DNA from: an uncultured delta proteobacterium
Lineage (GTDB): Bacteria > Myxococcota_A > UBA9160 > SMWR01
Length of the DNA: 64,000 bases
Assembly (NCBI GenBank): GCA_963832165.1
Contig: CAWHTE010000005.1
Coordinates: forward strand, 36,850-100,849
Direction: 5' to 3'
Below, piece after piece: positions 1 to 7,453 of the stretch (positions are counted from its first letter, which is position 1; each line of letters begins with the position of its first letter). Position numbers and translations under genes: made by a program. A model generated the notes under the pieces. That model was not told the origin of the DNA and did no database searches. It saw nothing but the letters and a program-made list of their open reading frames with translations.

Positions 1-168
1 CACGAGGTCGGTCACGATCACGTCGAACACGGCGTGATCGAGCAGGCGCAGTGCTTCCTCGCCGCTCGCGCAGGTCTGCACCTCGAAACCCTCTTCGACG
101 AGCAGGCCCTCGATCAGCTCGCGGAAGTAGCGCTGATCGTCGACCGCGAGAATCCGGCCCCTGGGCAT
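1..168 (-). CDS. Response regulator receiver-domain protein, N-terminal part (runs off window start)
   Basis: Own translation from ATG 168: MPRGRILAVDDQRYFRELIEGLLVEEGFEVQTCASGEEALRLLDHAVFDVIVTDLV; acidic pair DD and phosphoacceptor Asp; GGGGGAGG RBS upstream. Confidence 0.88.
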   Translation of the reverse strand, partial: MPRGRILAVDDQRYFRELIEGLLVEEGFEVQTCASGEEALRLLDHAVFDVIVTDLV

Positions 169-197
169 GCCTCCCCCATCGCTCAGGGGGCGTCCCC

Positions 198-1607
198 TCA
201 GAGCTGAGCGCTGCGCCTCTCTACATCGGCGGAGAACCCGAGCTTCTTCACCGGGATCCCGACCGGTTCGCCGATCAGCGAGTGCGGCGTCGCCTCGACC
301 ACGTGCACGCGCACGATCGAGCCGGGTTCCACTGCGGCTGCGAGATTTACCACGCGGTGGTAGGGGTCGCGGCCCGACGACTGATCTCCGCGCCGACTGG
401 TGCCCTCGATCAGCACCTCGGTCTCGCTGCCCACGCGGCGCCGGTGCGCCTCGAGCGTGAGGTCGTGCTGGAGGTTCTGGAGCTCGAGGAGGCGCTCCTG
501 CGCGACGCCGGGGTCGACCGGATCGGCGTACCCGGCCGCGGGCGTGCCGGGCCGGGCCGAGTACTTGAACGTGTACGCGTCCACGAAGCCCACGTCGCGG
601 AACAGCGCGAGCGTGGCGCGGAAGTCGGCGTCGGTCTCGCCCGGGAAGCCCACGATCAGGTCGGTGGTGATCGCGACGTCGGGGCGCGCCTGGCGCAGCT
701 GCTCGCACAGCGCGCGGTACGCGTCCGCGGTGTAGGGCCGGCGCATGCGCTCGAGCACCGCGTCCGAGCCGCTCTGCGCGGGCAGATGGACGTGCGGGCA
801 CAGCGCAGCGAGCTCGCCGTGGGCGCGCACGAGGTCGTCGTCGAAGAAGGCCGGGTGCGGGCTCGTGTATCGGATCCGCTCGATCCCGGGCACGTCCGCG
901 AGCCGCCGCAACAGCGCCGCGAAGCTCTCGGTGCCCGCGGCGGCCGCGCGCCCGCGCCGTACGTCGTGGCGGCCGTACGCGTTGACGGTCTGTCCGAGCA
1001 GCGTGATCTCGCATACGCCCGCGTCCGCGAGCTCGCGCACCTCGGCTGCGATCGCTTCCGCGGACCGGCTGATCTCGCGACCGCGCGTGTTCGGGACCAC
1101 GCAGAAGGTGCAGAACATGTCGCAGCCTTCCATCACGGTGACGAACGCGCGCCCGGGCGTCTCGCTCGGCAGGTCGGGGTGGTGCTGCGGCAGATCGAAG
1201 CGCTCGAGCGAGCGATTCTCGTCGGTGCGCAGCCCGCGCACTCCGCGTTCCGCGGACGCGACCAGCGCCGGCACGAAGCGCAGGTTGTGGGTGCCGTAGA
1301 CGAAGTCGACCGCAGCGAAGCGGCGCAGGATCGCGTCGCCCTCCTGCTGCGCCACGCAGCCCGCGACGCCGATCACGCGACCGGGCCGGCTCTCCTTCCA
1401 CTCGCGCAGTCGACCGAGGTCGGAGTAGAGGCGCTGCTCCGCCTTGTCGCGAATCGAGCACGTGTTGATGATCAGGAGATCCGCGTCTTCGAGCTCTGCG
1501 GTCGCGCGATAGCCCTCACCCGACAACAGCGCCGCGACTTTCTGCGAGTCGAGCGCGTTCATCTGACAGCCGTAGGTGCGGATGTGGAAGCGTCGGAGCG
1601 CCGCCAA
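198..1607 (-). CDS. miaB: tRNA-2-methylthio-N6-dimethylallyladenosine synthase (radical SAM methylthiotransferase)
   Basis: TYGCQMN, NTCSIR, GCVAQ, EGCDMFCTFC (CX3CX2C), SPHP, C-terminal TRAM domain. Confidence 0.96.
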   Translation of the reverse strand: MAALRRFHIRTYGCQMNALDSQKVAALLSGEGYRATAELEDADLLIINTCSIRDKAEQRLYSDLGRLREWKESRPGRVIGVAGCVAQQEGDAILRRFAAVDFVYGTHNLRFVPALVASAERGVRGLRTDENRSLERFDLPQHHPDLPSETPGRAFVTVMEGCDMFCTFCVVPNTRGREISRSAEAIAAEVRELADAGVCEITLLGQTVNAYGRHDVRRGRAAAAGTESFAALLRRLADVPGIERIRYTSPHPAFFDDDLVRAHGELAALCPHVHLPAQSGSDAVLERMRRPYTADAYRALCEQLRQARPDVAITTDLIVGFPGETDADFRATLALFRDVGFVDAYTFKYSARPGTPAAGYADPVDPGVAQERLLELQNLQHDLTLEAHRRRVGSETEVLIEGTSRRGDQSSGRDPYHRVVNLAAAVEPGSIVRVHVVEATPHSLIGEPVGIPVKKLGFSADVERRSAQL

Positions 1608-1813
1608 GGAGACCTCTGGAACGGGGGTCGGAAACGGACCCGCGGAACCTACCCGAAGGCGGCCGACATGGCCCCGCGCCCCGGCTCCAACCCGGATCGA
1701 GCAAATTCTGTGTGAGAGAGCCTAATCCTCGGTTTTAGCTCCTGTTTTTCCGCGTCAGCCCCGCGCCACCCCCGGCCCGTCCCGCCCCTGTCAGCGAGAA
1801 TGCGAAATAGCGT

Positions 1814-1842
1814 TTGACAAGCTTCGCGGGGCCGCTCACAAT
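1814..1842 (+). promoter_or_regulatory. Sigma70-type promoter, TTGACA-N17-CACAAT
   Basis: TTGACA 1814-1819, 17-bp spacer, CACAAT 1837-1842, in an AT-enriched intergenic stretch; no credible plus-strand CDS follows. Confidence 0.7.
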
Positions 1843-1848
1843 GCGTCA

Positions 1849-1985
1849 CAGATCCCGTTTGTGTGGAGCGGCGGTGGATCTGGCATTTCTAATCGAAATG
1901 TCCAACCTCTCACCCCCCATCATCCATCCACCGCCCTCCCCCCTTTGAACAAACGCCCCGTCGAGAAATCGGCGGGGCGTTTTGT
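1849..1985 (+). ncRNA. Candidate small structured RNA of unknown family
   Basis: Lies between a consensus promoter and an intrinsic terminator; stem 1865-1879/1926-1939, inner hairpin 1882-1902, C-rich unpaired segments. Confidence 0.6.
1951..1985. terminator. Intrinsic terminator, probably bidirectional
   Basis: AAACGCCCCGTCGA-GAAA-TCGGCGGGGCGTTT hairpin with T-rich tails on both strands. Confidence 0.8.
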
Positions 1986-2084
1986 CTTCGAGCCCTGCTA
2001 GGCGCGGATCGGCGGACCGTACGGATGCGGGGCGGATGGCTTGCTGCCGAGAAGTAGAGCGCAGCCGGCCACGGGCCGTGACAA

Positions 2085-3509
2085 CTACAGAAGCAGTCCG
2101 TCGACCACCCGCGAGAGCTGGCGGAGGTTCCGGCACTCCTCGGCGACATCCGTGTACGGCAGATACTTGTCCATCACGCTGTCGCCGAAGCCCCAGGCGC
2201 TCGGGTTCTCGGGGTTGAGCCACACCACGTTCTTGGCCTTGTTGTGGATCTCGCGCAGACACCACGCGCGCGGGTCGTTGTAGTTGTTGCGCGCGTCGCC
2301 GAGGATCAGCACCGTCGTCTTGTTGTCGATCGCGGACAGGAAGTTCTGCCAGAAGTGGTGGAACGCGAAGCCGAAGTTCGAGCGCGTGTAGACGTTGATC
2401 ACGTCCCCGCCCTCGAGCGCCTCCTCGATCGCGTCGTTGATGTCCTTCTCCTGGAACAGCGGCGTCACCTCGCCGAGCTCGGCCACGAACACGAACGCGC
2501 GGATCTTCGTGAACGCCTCCTGGAGCGTGTAGACGAACTGGAGCATGAAGCGCGACACGTTCGCGACCGAGGACGAAACGTCCGTGAGGATCACGAGCTT
2601 GGGCCGATCCTTCTTGCGCTGCTTGAAGATCAGCTCGAACGGGATCCCGCCGTGCGGCATGTTGCGGCGCAGCGTCTGGTGCAGGTCGAGCTTGCCGCGC
2701 TTGAGCCGCCGGCGGCGGATCGAGAGCACGTTCTTGATCCGCTGGGCGAGGCGCTCGACCACCTCGCGCATCTTGCGGATCTCCTCCTCGGTGAGGTGGT
2801 AGAAGCTCTTCTCGAGCAGCGTCTCGCGCCGGAACTTCTCCATGTAGTCGTGGTTGTGCTTCTGGAGCTCGCGCTCGGTGAACGAGCGCACGCTGCGGCG
2901 CAGCGCCTCCATGAGCCCCTCGATCAGCCGGCGCAGCGCGGCGATCTGCTCGGGCGACATGCCGGCCGCCTCGAGCCGCGCCGCAAGCTCTTCGAGCTGC
3001 TCCCCCGCGCCTTCCATGCCGAGCTGCTCGAGCGTGCGGCGGCTGAAGAAGCCGACCTGCAGGAAGTTCTCGATCCGGTCGATCCCGGCCTGCTCGGCGG
3101 CCTGGCGGATCAGGTTCTCGAGCTGGGTGAGGTCCTGGGTCAGCAGCGCGCGCGCGAGCTCGGAGAGATCCCCCGAGCTCTCTCCTTCCATGCCCTGGAG
3201 CATCTGCATGATCTGCTGGAGCAGCTGCTCGAAGTCGGCGCCCATCTCGGCCAGGCCCCCGGTGGCCTGGCCGAACGACTCGCGCAGGCTGTCGTAGAAG
3301 CCCGACCAGAACAGGTCGAAGAGCTGGTCGTAGGTGGGGACCTCTTCGCCGCGCTTCACCATCGTGGAGCGCATCGCGTCCTTGAAGATCTCCCGGTCAT
3401 CGAGCGCGAGCTCGTCGAGCGCCGTGAAGGCGTCGATCGCCTCGGCCGTGGAGACGCGGATCCCGCTCTTGCGCAGGATGTTGGTGAACTCGAGGATCTT
3501 CTTCTGCAA
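2085..3509 (-). CDS. VWA-domain protein, CoxE-like
   Basis: N-terminal FTNILRKSGIRVS, LDLHQTLRRN, MIDAS-like DVSSS, LILGDARNN, WLNPE. Confidence 0.9.
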   Translation of the reverse strand: MQKKILEFTNILRKSGIRVSTAEAIDAFTALDELALDDREIFKDAMRSTMVKRGEEVPTYDQLFDLFWSGFYDSLRESFGQATGGLAEMGADFEQLLQQIMQMLQGMEGESSGDLSELARALLTQDLTQLENLIRQAAEQAGIDRIENFLQVGFFSRRTLEQLGMEGAGEQLEELAARLEAAGMSPEQIAALRRLIEGLMEALRRSVRSFTERELQKHNHDYMEKFRRETLLEKSFYHLTEEEIRKMREVVERLAQRIKNVLSIRRRRLKRGKLDLHQTLRRNMPHGGIPFELIFKQRKKDRPKLVILTDVSSSVANVSRFMLQFVYTLQEAFTKIRAFVFVAELGEVTPLFQEKDINDAIEEALEGGDVINVYTRSNFGFAFHHFWQNFLSAIDNKTTVLILGDARNNYNDPRAWCLREIHNKAKNVVWLNPENPSAWGFGDSVMDKYLPYTDVAEECRNLRQLSRVVDGLLL

Positions 3510-3545
3510 GGGGCCACTCTAGGTCGGGCGGATCCGTTGAAGCGC

Positions 3546-3866
3546 CTACTCGCCGGGCGGGGTAGTGCAATCGCCTTCGGAGGTGGCGCACTCGGTCTGG
3601 CAGGCCACCAGGTACTCGTTTCGCGCCGCGGGGGTCATGTCGCTCTGCGACTCGGCGAGACTTTCGCACTCCGCGGCGCACTCGTTGGCGGTGCTCTTGC
3701 AGCACTCCGCCCGATCCGCCGGTGCCTTTTCGAGGCAGGCCTGGAAGGTCTCGTCGTAGTCCGCCGGAAGTCCGAGCGCGGGCGCGGCGACCAGTGTCGC
3801 GAGCGCCAGTCCTCGGGTCAGATGGCCGACACGGCTCCGGCTTCGGAATCGGACATGCTGGATCAC
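3546..3866 (-). CDS. Small secreted cysteine-rich hypothetical protein
   Basis: Signal-peptide-like LALATLVAAPALG, then 8 Cys in about 65 aa; fills the gap between co-oriented MoxR and VWA genes. Confidence 0.65.
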   Translation of the reverse strand: MIQHVRFRSRSRVGHLTRGLALATLVAAPALGLPADYDETFQACLEKAPADRAECCKSTANECAAECESLAESQSDMTPAARNEYLVACQTECATSEGDCTTPPGE

Positions 3867-3879
3867 GTTCGTCCTCCTG

Positions 3880-4869
3880 CTAGTGCAGTGCGCCCTTCTT
3901 CGTGGCTGCAGGCGCCGGCTCGGGCGCCGCGGCCGGCTTGGCGGCGCGCGCCTCGCCGGTCTTCTTCTGGAGCAGCTTGTCGAGCTCCGCTTGCGCCTTG
4001 CGGACGTCGCCCTCGTACTTGAGGATCACGTTGAAGGTCTGGTTCACGAGCTCCGCGTCGAGCTCCTGGGCGTTGAGCGCGAGCAGTGCGCGCGCCCAGT
4101 CGAGCGTCTCGCTGATCGACGGCGTCTTCTTCAGGTCGAGCTGGCGCAGCCGATGCATCATGCCCACGAGATCGTCGACCAGCCCCGCGGCCACGCCGGG
4201 CACCTTCGTCTCGAGGATGCGCTTCTCGAGCTCCTCGTTCGGGAAGTCGATGTAGAGGTGGAGACAGCGGCGCTTGAGCGCGTCGCTCATCTCGCGCGCG
4301 TTGTTCGAGGTCAGGAACACGAGCGGCTTGCGCTTGGCTTCGATCGTGCCGAGCTCGGGCACCGTCACCTGGAAGTCCGAGAGCACCTCGAGCAGGAACG
4401 CCTCGAACTCGGGGTCCGACTTGTCGACCTCGTCGATCAGCAGCAGCACCGGCTCGTCCGAGGTGATCGCGGTGAGCAGCGGGCGCGGCACGATGAAGTG
4501 GTCGGAGAAGAAGACGCTGTCCTCCTTGCCGACGCGCTCGGCGGCCTCGCGCAGCGTAGAGGCCCCGGCCATCGCCTCGGTGAACCTCTCCTTGAGGATC
4601 TGCGTGTAGAGCAGCTGCTTCGAGTACTCCCACTCGTAGAGCGCCTTGGCCTCGTCGAGACCCTCGTAGCACTGCAGGCGGATCAGCTTCCGGCCGGTGG
4701 CCTTCGCGACCACCTTCGCGAGCTCGGTCTTGCCGACGCCGGCCGGCCCCTCCACGAGCACGGGCTTCTCGAGCTTGGCGGCCAGGAACACGACGGTCCC
4801 GATCTTCTTGTCACCGATGTAGTCCTGCGCCGTGAGCTGCTCGAGGACGTCGTCAATCGAATCGAACAT
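3880..4869 (-). CDS. MoxR-family AAA+ ATPase, CoxD-like
   Basis: Walker A GPAGVGKT, RLQCYEGLD, Walker B LLIDEVDK, DALKRRC. Confidence 0.93.
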   Translation of the reverse strand: MFDSIDDVLEQLTAQDYIGDKKIGTVVFLAAKLEKPVLVEGPAGVGKTELAKVVAKATGRKLIRLQCYEGLDEAKALYEWEYSKQLLYTQILKERFTEAMAGASTLREAAERVGKEDSVFFSDHFIVPRPLLTAITSDEPVLLLIDEVDKSDPEFEAFLLEVLSDFQVTVPELGTIEAKRKPLVFLTSNNAREMSDALKRRCLHLYIDFPNEELEKRILETKVPGVAAGLVDDLVGMMHRLRQLDLKKTPSISETLDWARALLALNAQELDAELVNQTFNVILKYEGDVRKAQAELDKLLQKKTGEARAAKPAAAPEPAPAATKKGALH

Positions 4870-4896
4870 GAAGTCTCCGTAGGGCTGGGAAACGCC

Positions 4897-6165
4897 TCAA
4901 CTCATCAGATGAAGGACGTGACCGAGCTTTTCTTTCTTGGTGCGCAGATACTCGAGATTCTTCTCGTTCGGTGCGATCTCGAGCGGCACGCGGTCGACGA
5001 TCGTGAGGCCGTAGCCCTCGATGCCCGCGCGCTTGCCCGGGTTGTTCGTGATCATGCGCATCTGGCGCACCCCGAGGTCCACGAGGATCTGGGCGCCGAC
5101 GCCGTAGTCGCGCAGGTCGGCCGGGAAGCCGAGCCGCTCGTTCGCCTGGACCGTGTCGAGGCCCTCGTCGTCCTGCAGCCCGTAGGCGCGGATCTTGTTC
5201 TTGAGCCCGATCCCGCGCCCTTCCTGGCGCATGTAGAGCAGCACGCCCTGCCCCTCGCTCTCGATCAGCTTCATCGCGGCCTCGAGCTGCTCGCCGCAGT
5301 CGCAGCGCATCGACCCGAACGCGTCGCCGGTCAGGCACTCGCTGTGCACGCGCACGAGCACCGCGTCGTCGGGGCCGATCTCGCCCTTCACGAGCGCCAT
5401 GTGATCGATGTGGTCGATGTCGTTCTCGTAGACGATGCACTTGAACTCGCCGCCCGCGTGCGTGGGCATCATCGCGACCGCGGCGCGCCGCACGAGCTTC
5501 TCCTTGCGCAGCCGGTACTGGATCAGGTCCGCGATGCTGACGATCTTCACGCCGTGCTGGCGCGAGAACTCGATCAGATCGGGCATGCGCGCCATCGTGC
5601 CGTCGTCGTTCATGATCTCGCAGATCACGCCCGCGGGCGTGAGCTCGGCGAGCCGCGCGAGATCGACCGAGCCCTCGGTCTGCCCCGCGCGCCGCAGCAC
5701 GCCGCCCGGGCGCGCGCGCAGCGGGAACACGTGGCCCGGCCGCGCGATGTCGGTCGGCTTCGCGTCGGGAGCGATCGCGGTGAGGATCGTCGTGGCGCGG
5801 TCGGCCGCGGAGATGCCCGTGGTCACCCCGCGCCGCGCCTCGATCGACACCGTGAACGCGGTGCCGAAGCCCGAGGTGTTCTCCCAGTCGGGCACCATCA
5901 TGCCGAGGTTGAGCTTGTCGAGCTGCTCCTCGGTCATCGACAGGCAGATCAGGCCGCGCCCGTAGCGGGCCATGAAGTTGATCGTCTCGGGCGTGACCTT
6001 CTCGGCGGCGACGCAGAGGTCGCCCTCGTTCTCGCGGTCGGCGTCGTCGACCAGGATCACGAGCTTGCCGGCGCGGATGTCGGCGACGGCCGCTTCGACA
6101 GAAGCGATCGCAGCCCGGATCTGCTCCGGGTTCTGCGCGAGCTGAAGCTTGGGCTTTTGGGTCAT
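4897..6165 (-). CDS. ribBA: Bifunctional 3,4-dihydroxy-2-butanone-4-phosphate synthase / GTP cyclohydrolase II
   Basis: [51 protein letters not shown]. Confidence 0.97.
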   Translation of the reverse strand: MTQKPKLQLAQNPEQIRAAIASVEAAVADIRAGKLVILVDDADRENEGDLCVAAEKVTPETINFMARYGRGLICLSMTEEQLDKLNLGMMVPDWENTSGFGTAFTVSIEARRGVTTGISAADRATTILTAIAPDAKPTDIARPGHVFPLRARPGGVLRRAGQTEGSVDLARLAELTPAGVICEIMNDDGTMARMPDLIEFSRQHGVKIVSIADLIQYRLRKEKLVRRAAVAMMPTHAGGEFKCIVYENDIDHIDHMALVKGEIGPDDAVLVRVHSECLTGDAFGSMRCDCGEQLEAAMKLIESEGQGVLLYMRQEGRGIGLKNKIRAYGLQDDEGLDTVQANERLGFPADLRDYGVGAQILVDLGVRQMRMITNNPGKRAGIEGYGLTIVDRVPLEIAPNEKNLEYLRTKKEKLGHVLHLMS

Positions 6166-6255
6166 AGGGGGCAGGCCACCATCCGTCAGTCCAGACCCCG
6201 TGTTCCGAAAGCGGGGTTCCGGCGGGCGCGCGGGGTGTACCTGGGCGGGTTCCGC

Positions 6256-6284
6256 ACCGTATCAATGGCGGAATTCGGTGTCAA
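6256..6284 (-). promoter_or_regulatory. Sigma70-type promoter of the ribBA operon
   Basis: Minus strand TTGACA (6284-6279)-N17-TACGGT (6261-6256) with extended TGn. Confidence 0.6.
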
Positions 6285-6459
6285 ACCTGCGCATTGTTTG
6301 GGCATTTGTGCAATCGCAGCGCCCGCGTAGCCGCAGCCCCTGCCCTCACACGGCCATCGGCCACCGTTGCTTTCATGTCAGAGTTCCCTTCGCGCTGCAG
6401 CTTCTACAAGCGAGAGCTGGTCTCGGCGCGCTGTGCAGCTCCCGCCGGATTCCCCTCCC

Positions 6460-6475
6460 CGGCATATCGATTGCA
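6460..6475 (+). promoter_or_regulatory. Putative sigma54 (-24/-12) promoter
   Basis: CGGCATATCGATTGCA = GG-N10-GC with TTGCA, 35 bp upstream of the CBS gene ATG. Confidence 0.6.
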
Positions 6476-6509
6476 CGCGTTGCGTTTCATCGAAACCGAG
6501 GAGGGAGTC

Positions 6510-6954
6510 ATGCTCGTACAGGAGATTATGACGAGTGATCCCGTGTGCTGTATGCGGGATCTTCCGCTGAAGGACGTCGCGCGCCTCATGGTCGAGAACG
6601 ACTGCGGTGGCATCCCGGTCGTCGACGACTTCGAGAGCGTCCGGCCGATCGGCATGATCACCGACCGCGACATCGCGTGTCGCGTGGTGGCCAAAGACCA
6701 GAATCCGCTCGAGCTCACGGTGGGCGACTGCATGACCGAGCCCTGCGTCACGCTCGAGCAAAACGCGAGCGTCGAGAGCGTGCTGCGAGGCTTTCGAAGA
6801 GAATCAGATCCGGCGCGTCGCGATCGTCGATCACGCCGGGCGGTGCTGCGGCATCGTCGCGCAGGCCGACCTCGCCGAGTGGGCACCCGATCCTCAGGTG
6901 GCCGAGGTGGTGCGCTCCGTTTCGGAGCCGACCGATACGCCGTCCAACCTCTGA
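6510..6954 (+). CDS. CBS-pair domain protein (one frameshift near 6780)
   Basis: RBS GAGGAGGGAG; MLVQEIMT...VARLMVENDCGGIPVVD...GMITDRDI; second frame ENQIRRVAIVD..GRCCGIVAQADLA ending TGA 6954. Confidence 0.85.
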
Positions 6955-6964
6955 TCGGGTCGGA

Positions 6965-7453
6965 CGAACGCAGCCGGACGCGTTCTCCAGGTTCGAAGAG
7001 CGCCGTCCAGTTGTCGCTCGGGCCGTGCCGTTGATGAGGAACGTATACGTGGAACCCGTGACGTCGGAAACGTCGGTGGGGTCCATGCGCATCTGCGCCC
7101 AGTGGAAGCGGTCCGCGAGCGGCTGGTCCTCGCGCGCGACAGGCTCGCAAGCGTCTGCTTCTGTCGATTGAAGTAGCCCGGTTGCGCCTTGAGCTTCCGG
7201 AAGATCGTGTGCGGGTGCAGGAAGCTCCAATCGACAGCACGACCACGTATTCGCGGTCCGACGCCACGGGATCGCGTCAGCCGGTCGATCACGATCGGGC
7301 CGTAATGGCCCATCTGTTCTGGAGGTCGGAGTGGCTGTGATACCAGTAGGTGCGGATTGCCGACGTCGTTTCGTAGACGAAGGTCGTGCGCGGCTTGATC
7401 CCCGGAAGCTCCGCCGGGAACGCCGTCCATCTGGAACGGCAGGATCACGCCGG
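6965..7453 (-). pseudogene. Internal fragment of a CopA/PcoA-type multicopper oxidase with many indels
   Basis: Across frames: GVILPFQMDGVPG, TYWYHSHS, EQMGHYGPIVID, DREYVVVLSDW, MRMDPTDVSDVTGSTYTFLING, NWTALFEPGERVRLR; no start or end. Confidence 0.85.

Noticed and set aside
6166-6500. FMN riboswitch upstream of ribBA
   Set aside because: Conserved aptamer motifs absent and predicted leader only about 85 nt
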